DNA from: Phoronis australis
Taxonomy: Eukaryota; Animalia; Phoronida
Length of the DNA stretch: 64,000 nt
Reading direction: 5' to 3'
NCBI GenBank assembly: GCA_002633005.1
Contig: NMRA01000170.1
Location: 62,001 to 126,000 of the forward strand
Program-made: the position numbers and the translations under genes
Part shown: piece after piece, positions 1-12,000 of the stretch
Position numbering within the stretch: position 1 is the stretch's first letter
How the letters are laid out: the number at the start of each line of letters is the position of its first letter
Notes under the pieces: generated by a model
Database searches by the model: none
What the model was told of the DNA's origin: nothing
Seen by the model: only the letters and a program-made list of their open reading frames with translations

Positions 1-3000
1 CTGACATATTTTGTAGGTAGGCAAAGAATTAGAATGATCATTTCTTAGTGTTCTCAACGTCATTTTGTTTGAATGATATAATTAGTAATTTGTTTCTTAT
101 AATACTTGTCCCATCGCATCATTGGCCTTCTTTGCATTCCAAATCAGCTTGAAACCTTTTTGGTTTAAATTTATGTAATACGTCACAGTCACTAAATGCT
201 TAATTAGCCATCCCTATCACTGCTGGTCGTAAATGCGTTTTGTTTGTTGTTTCAGTTGTCCTCAAGGGTGGAAGGGTAAAAACTGTACACTGGATGTAAA
301 TGAGTGTCACCCTGTAGAGACATCTCCATGTTTGAATAACGGCTCTTGTGTGAATACACCTGGAAGCTATGAGTGCGAATGTCAACCAGGTAATGGGATT
401 TGTTGACAGAAGTCATTGTGAACATAGAGACATGTTTTGATACAGCATGGTAAATCTTTCTAATGCAGCTATAATAACGTGATTAATAGCAACATTTACC
501 TTGTTTTGACATGTGACTACATTGTCAGCATCATGAAGCCTCCCTTCGTAACACAGCATATCACAGCAGTGAATTCAACTTCTCGAAAACGCGAGCATAG
601 AAGAAAAGGGAATTTAACTGAAAGTTTCGTAGCTCCACAGACATGAGTGCGACGTATGAACGTACCCAGCGCCAGTGTGTCATGTCCACCAACACGCATG
701 TTTCTTGTGCAAACTTGTTCCATATTCGCGCTTCTTTGCTGCAGGAAAGTCAAAAGAGTCACAGTGGTTATATACTGAGTTGTCACAGCCACCACAAATG
801 CAGCCCCTCACCATTCATTATTATTATTATTATTATCATTATTATTATTATTATTATTAGTATAATATTGTGTTAAAACACAATACAGTGAGGACGACTA
901 ATGTTGTGATTCGTTGTCCCAATTCTACATAGTATTGACCAGTAAATGCTCGTAAATTAGCGAATTGATGTGTCGTCAGATAGCGTTTGCTGAGTTTTAA
1001 TTTGACAGCTGATCGACTGTTAGGATTGTTGTTCTTTGATACGAAATTGGTGATTTTAAGCACTAGAGTTGGAACCTGGTAAGTTGTACTAATTAGCATA
1101 AAAAATCAAAATTTGGGATGGGAAAAATAATAATGTTGCTCAAGGTCGAAGCTTGTACCAAAGTTTACAATGAATAATGGCCATTCCAAATTCAAGAATT
1201 GTGGGAAGGACAGCAAATTTGCCTGTGTCCAAATTTATGAAGTTTTTATGAATTCAAACAGACCTGTAGTGCAAAAATTGTAGTGACCGGAATTCAAGAG
1301 ATGTGATGAATTCAACCAAAAGTAACCCTTGTCCCAATCTTCAGAATCGAGAAAATTCAAGTTGGGCTTGGATTTCAGCCTCCCAAATTGAAGAGACTGT
1401 GCTGACTTGTAGAATTTTTGATGTACTTACAAACCACATATCTCCAGCATTTGTTACATCTATCAGGTTACAAAGGCAGGCATTGTGAAGATGTCATTCT
1501 TCACTGCGAGTCTAGTCCATGTCAAAACAATGCTTCATGTACGAATCTCATCAACGACTACAACTGCACGTGCCCCCTTGGGTTCGAGGGTAAAAACTGT
1601 TCTGTCAACATTGACGATTGTGTGGATGCCGTGTGCTTAAACAATGGTTCCTGTGTTGATGGTATCGCCACCTCGTATTGTGAGTGCCCCAAGCTGTATG
1701 AGGGTGAACAATGTGAAAAAGGTTTGTATTTTTTATGTTTTTATGATGCTCGTAAAATTCCTTAAAATTTTCACTAAACTCCCCCAATTTGAAACCAGGC
1801 TATTAGAAAGCCAGTTAGTTACAATTAGTTCATTTCGCTGTTTGCATAATCATGAATGACGCTTTTACATAACCTTGTTGTTTCTTTACAAAACTTAGCT
1901 TGTATTAGATCATTAAGTATTCTTTGACTAATAAAACTTGATCACAAATAGTGTCCACGAACTTTCAGTTTTGTGTTGGTGTTTATTACTTGAGCTGCTA
2001 TGAAAACACCTTTCGTCAAAGAAACTATTACTTTCCTTACTAATATGGAAATTTTTGGGCGTAGACTGATCGCATGCCGCTGCATTTTATGTATAATTAA
2101 AGCACACAATTGACTAAATGTTCACTATTTCTCTGTAACTGTTTTAGTGAAGAACGATGACTTCATCATCAAGTTCCCTGTTGGTCAACCTGACTCGGCC
2201 AGCTTTGTCCGCATGACACAGTTCTGTCACTTCACGCTACTCATGTGGGTGAGAGTCTATCAAAATGAAGGCTTCTTCTTTAGTCTGTCCAGTAACCCGC
2301 CTGATGTCAACAGTGGGTGAGTACTTTTTAAGCCCTGATCTAAGGATTGACTAGTATCACTCAGTGTATATGATGTTGCAGTGATTCAGATGATGAGAAC
2401 AATTTGTCCCGTCAGCACGCCATCTTTTTGGTCACATCACGTGACCTAATGAATATAAGTCCGAAAAGATTTCTGCCCCCGACCGAGACTCGAACCCAGG
2501 ACCTTCTGCTAACCGTGCATGGTTCAGATGATGTCGCAATGGTTTCTTGTCGTAACTGCAGCAATGCGACCAGGCTATACTTTTATTTGTAACGGTTTGT
2601 GAAAATTCCTGTTTTTTTTACTATTTTCCATTAACTAAGTGTGTGTGAAGGAACCGTTTCATTTAGTGTCAATTCCAGATGATATTGGTTTCAAATCCGG
2701 ATATCAATCTAATCCATTATTAAGCTTTCCTGAAGTCTGTATTGTACTACAATGAGATATATACTAGAATCCATTGGAGACATTAACATGAAGCCGAACA
2801 TCTCCTGGTTGAAAACTCTTGTCATTAAACTGAATCCAACATTTTTGTATTCTGAGACAAATGTCCCTAACCTAAGTGTATGGAGAAATTCAAATTCAGA
2901 AGCTAAACAATTCAATAAGTCACCTGTTTATGTAAATCCAATTTATTTCAGCCATTGTTTTATTGCCATGATGTCATAGCTTATGCGGTAATTGCTCTGT

Positions 3001-6000
3001 TCTACACAAAAGAAACGGCTTAAACCAGTGTAAACGTTGTCGAGAGTTGAAGATGCTAACGATTCTTAAACAAATTCATTTATAATTAGCACAAAGGGCT
3101 ATGAAACGGACCGAGTTTAAAAAATTTTGTGTGATATTTGAGCACTGCTTTCTTTAGTGTGTACCTGGCCCTTGGCGGTAAATACCTGGTCACTGGCTCC
3201 AACCTGCGTGAGCACGTGAACACGACCATCAACGACATCTTCTGGCACCATGTGGCTGTGACGTACAATGGCACTGTACTGAGCATTCTCATCGACGGGC
3301 GTCTAGTGAAGGAATCCTCACTTTCGGGAATGCACTGCAGTTTGTGAGTAGTAACCTGCTAAAGCTCTATCTGACAATCTTTATTTTATAATTCTGTGAT
3401 ATTTAAACCACTTGTGGTATAATGCTCTACTGCTCGATTAAATTAATATATTCAGAAGTATGTTATGCTGTGGTATGTATATTAAAACCATTTCTGTACC
3501 CCGGTTCCTGTTGTCAAAGCCAACATTTTTGTCTTACTGTTATTTTCAACATTCAAATCCTGGTATTTCTAGGTTGTTGATTGGTTGAAGATGGGATAAT
3601 TGAAACTGTTCTATGATCATAAGTTTTTCAATAGACAACCGTTCCACTATGTATTGCTTATGTGATAGTATGCATGATATTTCTACATTGTGTGTTACAA
3701 ATGACTCCATTGCCGGATTTTTAGAGTCACTAGTCAATCATGTCTTAGATGAATTTTCAATCACAGCAGCCTTTTGGTATTTCATTATTTCACAAATTTC
3801 TTGCTTTGTTTCTTGTGAAAACTACACTAAATACATGTTGTGTTCTACAGATCCCTCAGCTATCTGACTATAGGATTGTACCCAGGGGCAGCGACCAAGT
3901 TCTACGGTGAAATAACAGAGGTCAATATGCTCTCAACTGTCCTCACTCTGCAGCAGATTGTTACACTATCCACCCTCACTAGCGACCAGGGGAACAGCAG
4001 TGTTTGCTCTCAGAAGGTCGCGAACCCTGACCTGGTTCTGTGGGAGGAGTTTGATGAGCAGAGCCTAGTGGGTGGGGCTGAGATAGAGGAACCATCCACA
4101 TTATGCAGCACCAAATGTCCACCAGGCTTCAGAGGGCCTCGTTGTGATGAGGAAATTGGTGAGTTTAGTCTGGGTCACCTGACTAGAGCTGTGTCATGTT
4201 GGTAGTTTGATTGGGAGTCATACAAGACTACAAATACTACAAATGGTCATGCAAGATGACCATTAAGACAGGCATCTTTTATCTATAATAAGTTTTGCTT
4301 TTGTTATGCTGTTTTGGGGATCCTGCATAAGATCCGTACTAAGCACAAGATGTTTTTCACCTATGACATGGATGGAACTGGTGTTGATATCACATTAAAG
4401 TTCATTATGCTGTGATTCTGAAGTTATTGAGCTTTTCATGGTGACATTAACGTAATGTTCATCGCTTTGCTTGTGGGATTATAAATTGTCTCGCATTAAG
4501 TGAGTTCCTTTCCGTAAAGCTAGTTTCTTGCTCACCAAAGCAATGAGTGAACTCCTAATGACATGTCCTGTGTTGTCCACCGTACTGGATTCTACTGTGG
4601 AGTGTTCTCGCACATTACATTCCTGTATGCGTTTGTATTGCAGACACACAGAAGCCTGTGTTTACCTTCTGCCCGAATGACACGACTATATTTAACAACT
4701 CCAGAGTGGTGACGTTGACTTATGAAGAGCCCATAGCCACTGATAACGTTGGCATTGTATCCAGTACAGCAAGCCAACACATTGGTGAGTTAGTCTTGCA
4801 GCCGTTTAGGTGCTAGCTGCTACAGTATGTCAGAAACTAACTCTTGGTCAAGACTACTTAACATTTTGGCTCTATTTTGTTCTTACTTGTAATGTATTAC
4901 AATTGATTTCTGGGCTTTATAGGGGAACTAGGTGTTTGATTTTGCTGGAGATCTGGGTCAGTAAGTTGGCTTAAACCAACATGGTGTAAAGCAACTAACT
5001 GTCAGGTCTTTCCAGACTCAGATAGATCTTATCTGAGTTAGAAACTGCCAAATTGAGATGTAAAATGTTTGTTTTGTAACAGAATCTGGGTTCATACAGC
5101 TTTTATTTTCAATGTTGGAGACAAGATAGGGTTGGTCTTGGCAATTAAGTCAATCAGCAACTCATCCCATCATTATTTGTTCAACTGGTAATGCAACTAA
5201 TGCATTACTGTCACACTTTCTTTTATTTTAACTATGAAACTGCAGATTGATGAAAAAAAAATGTTAGAGTCACCTATGTTCTGGCTTCTTGCTGATGTAT
5301 ATTTTCAAATAAAATGTACATTCTTGCAAAGCATACCGCCGTCAATGCAATCTGTCAAAATCTCACGACACTATGTTTCTTATTATTCCTTTTTTGTGCC
5401 ACTGGGTTCCTGAGTGAAATACATTTTCCAATATTTGCAATCCTGTTGGTTGTTTGTTGCCAGGTGATGTTGTACCCCATGGTGAGCACGTTATAGACTG
5501 GAGAGTGTGCGATGCAGAAGACAACTGTGAAATATGTTCTTTCAAAGTCACTATTTCAGGTATACATTAGTTTGAATTAAATTTCTTTTCATTGTTAGAA
5601 CATTACAAGCATCTGCTGTTTGGTGAGATCAACCAATTTAATCAAATGTAGCTCTCAAATTTGGTCAGTTGTTAAGCATTGAATATTTTATTTTATACAT
5701 GCAAGATTACCATAATTAAAAATCAATTCCTGTGCATTTTAGTATTCAAAATGGTCAAGTTTCAGTAACTGTGGTTTTTATTTTGGATGAAAAACATTTA
5801 CAGTGATGTTACAGATATTTAAAGATTTGCATTTTTTTCTAGCGGAGACGTGTTCTGAGCCCCCTCCACCAGCACATGGGGCCTTGGCTTATGTAGAGCT
5901 GGACAGTACTGGTGGTCAGGCTTACTGTCATGGTGCGTGTCTCTCAGGCTACAAGGCCCTAACCGCTCTCAAACCATTCTATGTGTGCGACTCAACGGGA

Positions 6001-9000
6001 ACTTGGAACTTTATCGACTATCACAACTTTAACCACTTGCCGGCCTGCTCAGGTGAGGTTATATAACTGAATATGACTGAACCATTGCTCCCCCTGTTGA
6101 GTGTTGGGAGTGTTAGAAGAGCTAAGTTAGTGTTAAACATCTGTGACCACCTTTAGTGTTCATCTGTGTCAACTCAGGGTCACTGTGTTTTGGGCATTAG
6201 AGGTTTCGGTAATATTTCACCTTTTTCGGACAACAGTAATTGCCAGTGGATAATTTTAAGGCTTTATGCAACACAGGCCGGATGGTAGTAACTACCTTTC
6301 TTTTGAAGGAGTTGGTTCTGGCGAAAAAAAATAATTGCGACTCCCTGGGTAACTCTTGTTTGCTTGATTTCTATTTATTAAATAGATGCATCGTGAATTT
6401 TTCTGGTTGGCTCTTTATATGGACTAATTGAATGTTACCAGACTGAGAAAGATTCAGTTTGGTGTTTTGTTAGACAATGTAATTTGTAATTTGAACGCAT
6501 ATTCCAATTTCAGCTATGTATCATCCTGCTTTGATGATCAAACTACAAGCCAGTGGTATTGGCACCTGTACTGAGAGCTCACAGAGTGCTCTTAAGGCTC
6601 AGTTCAGTAAAACCCTGTCAGATCTCAACAAGCAGATCTCATTCTGCACAGGTACGCCTGTTTTTTATTATGTACTTGCCATCCCAGACCGTTGACTTTT
6701 ACATTTGTTGGAAGTCAGATTAATTCAGGTAATATTGCTCCATCTATGCTTTACCAGGTGTAATCTATCTCTATGTTAGCAAGTAGCAGCATAATAATTT
6801 TTTGTTAAAAACAACGAGGAATTTAAATCAACTTGACATGTTTGCGTTTATCCTCAAAAGCAAAAACAGTGGCCACCTTGCTGGGCCCAACAACAAGCAG
6901 TATGGCCACTGTTTTGCTTCTGAGGATGGTGTATTAAAAGCCGATACACGTCAAACCTATTTAAATCCATCTTTGTAATTTATCTTTTGTGGTCATGGCA
7001 ACTGTTTCTGTATAAGATTCCAACTGTTAGCTTTATACCCCTTTCAACTGGGGTCATTAGAAACTTGGTAGCTTGCATGACACCTATGCACTTCCCCAGT
7101 GGATTTGTCGAGTTTCTGTAGTGCTCAAGTCTGGCCTGTTTATCTATTAATCTTATATGTAATGTCACAGTGTGTGGACTAGAGCAGTTACTGTATTAGT
7201 GGTGGGTTCATGGCAAGAAAACAAGTTGATATATCATGGACTACAACTGGTGATTTATCTGTTTGGAATCCCCATCTTTTTACCAGAAGAAATCCGATAG
7301 TTTTAGTAACTTTGAATCTTAAGATAGTCATGATAGCAGACAAAAGTACACGGGAATGCTTAACAATGGAATAGATTGATGATATCTGGACTAGTCTTGA
7401 TTGAGAAGCCCCTGTCATCTGGAATTGAAATGGTGTTTTTGTGAAGGAAGAATTGATATATTAATGTCTACTTTACTTCCCGCATGTCTCCTTATTGTCT
7501 ACTTAAAGTGACTTTTCGCAGTTCATCAAATTTCGTTTTTTCTGCAGGTTGTGACATCGAGAGTGGTATAAAGATCACATGCTCAGAGAGCAAACGCCGG
7601 CGCCGGTCAACTGGTCAGGATGAGGTCACCTCGTCAGTGCAGTTCGAGTACCAGGTCCCCAAGTATGTCCTGTTTTAGACACTGATCAACTTTTTAGTTC
7701 GTCCTACAATTCTTGGAGTCATTCCATAATTTTGAGGAAGGTGGAATCTTAACTGATTAAGAAGATGATGAAGTAAATGATATCTAATAATGGAATGTTT
7801 CATGGTTAAGAAAATCATGAAATAAATGTAATATTTTAATATTTTGTGAAATGGTTCAATTCTTGAGGATGAATGACCTCTGAAATAAAAAATGAGAAAT
7901 ATGATATGACTAACTCTGATGTATAATGACTTAAAATGATCAACATACTGAAAGTGGCTGACATTTTAACTTTTAAGAAACATTTTCTCTTAATAATTTA
8001 ATAAATTATTAATATTTTAGTGGTATTAATATAATTGTGATTATTTTACTTGCCGATTGAGCTATTCATTTAGAAATATATTTGAAATAAAACAAAAAAT
8101 GTATCATTTCACCTACAGAAACCAGTCCAATGTGACGTCGAGCAGTGATATTCTTCAGACTGTGTTGAACGATGCCAAAAACTACAGCAGTGATAACATT
8201 ACCTTTGACACTAAGTCAGTGTCTGGAAATACTGAGGCTTCGTGTGATGAGGGCGAGGCCGTCGACGAATCAGGGAACAGTTGTGGTGGGTAGTGAAGTA
8301 ACAATTCTAGAAACGGTGTGGAATATATTGTCATTGGTGGTCATGTCTTTTGTTTTATCCTTCTCATAGTGTTTTACATTGTTTGTCAATTTTAAACTCA
8401 CTGTTACTTGACTGCCATCTTCAGGAGAAGGTTGAAAACAAGCATTTTTTCCTGGTGCACAGTGGGGTTTGGACCCGCAACATTTTGGTGGTAAGTCCAG
8501 CACTCTCACCATTAGACCACTGAGTCATCCATGGAATGTTACAACTTTTATGTGTCTTGTTTCCAGTGGCCTGTCCTGCCGGCACTTATTTCTACAGGAA
8601 CGAGACCACCAATGCCACCAGCTGTGAGAATTGTGCACTAAACTTCTACAATGACCAGGAGAAGCAGACAGAATGTCAGCCGTGCCCGGACAATAAGATA
8701 ACGACATCAGAAGGAACCGTCAATGCCTCTGATTGCTTTAGTAAGTGTCAGTAGGCCAGAGGATGTTTTAGAAGCTCATTCAGTGCTGGTTACGGACAGC
8801 ATGCTTTTATTAATCAAAGTGTAACAACTGAATTCATGTTGAAATCTTGAGAAAATGGATATTTTCTGATAATGTATATTTCTAGGTATACAGTCATACA
8901 ATCATTTTTTGTTTCATGTTCTTCCAGCTCGGAAAAGACGAGAATTAGATACTTAAGTCAGTCCTATGGCAGTAGTCCTTTGGTAAATTGAGTTTCTTGA

Positions 9001-12000
9001 ACTTCAGACAAATTTAAAATAATACCAAAATTTTGCAAGAGCTTATAACCTTGTGAATGGCTACAGTTTTCAAAACATTGTCTTGTTACAGTAGTTGCTG
9101 TAATATAAGTGTTTTAGTTCATGACAATAATAATTAAAAAGCATTTGTTTTGTAGTACTTGTTCATTTTAAATAACGTGAAAAGAGATCACAAGTTTGCA
9201 ATACAATGTCCTGGTGTCCAAAGTGAGGTTCATGTGATATTGTTCTGCTAAGTAGTATATTCAAGTTGTATATTCAAGTTGTATATTCAAGTTGTATATT
9301 CAAGTTGTATATTCAAGTTGTATATTCAAGTTGTATATTCAAGTTGTATATTCAAGTTGTATATTCAAGTTGTATATTCAAGTTGTATATTCAAGTTGTA
9401 TATTCAATAGAAATGTAATGCTGTGTGATGTTCTGGTGCGTATTTTTCATCATATGATAATATTTTTGCGTGATTGTTTTCTTTTCTCTAGTTTGTGAGA
9501 AACTGGTTATTTTTGATCACATATAGCTTCCATTGGTTGTGACATTCTCAAGACAGGTATTGATAATTGTAAATGGTAACAATGTGGCCATAGGTGGAAC
9601 TATAAGCTGTGAAATCATTTTGAATAGTGGTCACAATTTCAGCATGGTAGCTTATGACTACCTGTTGAGAACAGTGTAATGAATAATGCCTCTCTGTTTC
9701 AGAAAAGTGTCCTGCTGGTCACTATTTCGATGCAACCTCTGACGGTTGTGACCAATGTCCTTTTGGTCAGTACCAAGAAGAGTCAGGGGAGCTGAGCTGT
9801 GACTCATGTGATGAGGGACAGACCACAGCCAGTACCGGGTCAACTAGTCCTGATAATTGTACAGGTTGGCTTTAGGAAGGCTATGTATCTTGCAGTTTAG
9901 TGATGACAATCGTATTTACTGAGATTTGCTGGAATAGTTTTGACCTTTTTGACCTGGTCCATATTGTCATCATGTAAACATGTTGCAATTAGTAATACCG
10001 AGTCCCTTAGAAATACTAGAAAGATATTGGTTTGGACCAATAGGATGCCAGAAATTAAATATAATTACACATCCAAGATTTGTCATCAGGTGAATTACAA
10101 TGATTTGAGGTTCTTTTAGATGGTACAGTAGAGATGTCTGACAAATATTTTGAATTAGGCAGGTACCGTCACTGATAATGATTTAATTATTATAATAAGA
10201 AATATATCACAGGCAGTATTTGATTCCTATTATCATAGTCGTATTGTCATGGCACCATACATTTCATTTCAGACTGCCCACTGGGTTACCGGCTGTTGTC
10301 ATGGCACCATACATTTCATTTCAGACTGCCCACTGGGTCACCGGCTGAATAGTTCAATGCAATGTGAACCATGCAGAGTGGGATTCTATCGTTCATCTGA
10401 GAATGAGACGGCATGCCAGGCTTGTGACCTAGGTACCACTACTGCATCTGAAGGGTCAACATCATCTGACGACTGTAATATCCGTATGTATCACATGTCA
10501 CTAGCTTAATTGTTATGTAGTCATGCAATATTTTCTTTCTATTATCTCTGTCTTTACTGTTTTCTGTTACTATCCCAATAAACATTTATGTAATGCAATT
10601 ATGTGTACAATGTCTAGGTTTGTTATCTTCAGTTGTTTGTTAAAGATTCTTGTGAAACATCGGGCAGATAGTTTTTAAAATTTTTTTGGCTTTGTACTTT
10701 CTGATTTTGTATTTGATGTAATGTCTGATCTAAACTGAACTTTTTGGTGAGCTTTTTAGTTATTACATTACACTTAATTCTACTCTCCGTTTTCTTTCCC
10801 TTGTAGACCTGAATTGTTCTTCCATCACTATTTCCGGGGGCGTAGTTAACCCCGAATTGATTGGCAGCACCACGTACCCCCATGGCTCGCTGGTGACCTT
10901 TAGCTGTACCAATGGCAAACTGAATGGTAACAAGACCTCGTTTTGTCAGGCTGGCGTCTGGACCAATTCTCCGCCTACATGTGAAAGTAAGCAGCAGTTG
11001 AAGGACTTTTGGGGTGTTTATGCCATTAAAATTTTCTCGTGTAGCGATGGACAATGAGTTATGAAATTTCCAGATTTTCAAGTTTACAGCAGCAAATATT
11101 AGTTAACCTCCAGTAATGCATATTGTGGTGAAGTTTTCTCTCTGAACTTATTCAAACTGAAGTACTTTGTACGTATTACATACTGAGGTGAAATGTCTTC
11201 ATGATGTTCAGCTAAAACCGTAAAATGAATCTGAATTCAGCTGCAGTAAAATTTTGTTCTTAGTGACTTGAGAACACAGATTACAGGCAATTGTATGATA
11301 AGCGACTTAATTGATGAATAACAATCTTTCAGAAGCTTTATTAAATTTTGTTGATTGCAATTTCATCTTGGAATATTTTTCTTTCATTCAAGGGTTTACC
11401 TGCCCACCTCTGGCTAATAATGGCAATGTGACCATCAACATGTCGGATGAACACTATGCTGGCAGTATTGCAACATACTCACTCAAATGTCCTGCTAATC
11501 AAGAAGTGTCTGGTGATTTGACAAGAAAGTGTGTGCTCAGCAACAATGTTCAGTTGGCGGAGAACACTTATGTCTGGGAAGGCACTGAGCCTATCTGCCG
11601 AGGTATGTATAGTAGCTTGAAATGCAGTGAAGTTGAAAAGTGAGGTGCTGTCATCCATTGTGTAGTATGCGTTGATATTGCTGTGATGATATCTAAATGT
11701 ACGTCCTTTCTGCCGGTCACTGTTACTTTTGAGAAGTTTTTTATGAAACCGTGAACCACTGTGCTTGAACTGAATGACATTTATTTGTCAAAAGCTATTT
11801 AAGCTTTGGATACAAAATGGGAATGTTTGTTGCCTTCAGAAATTGTATCTACTACTGAGCTTCCAACTGCCACCATGGAACCTACTATGGCAGAAACAGA
11901 GGGTTCGACTGCTACTATGAAACCTACTATGGCAGAAACAGAAGGTTCGACTGCTACTATGAAACCTACTGTTGCAGAAACAGAAGGTTCGACTGTTACT

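Noticed and set aside
643-876. ORFs with poly-Ile or poly-Tyr runs
   Set aside because: Translations of the intronic (ATT)n microsatellite.
8451-8530. tRNA gene
   Set aside because: B-box is degenerate and acceptor/anticodon stems do not pair; better explained as a SINE head.
9255-9407. Possible CRISPR-like array or repeat protein
   Set aside because: Head-to-tail 13-bp units with no spacers, in a eukaryotic intron, with no cas genes.
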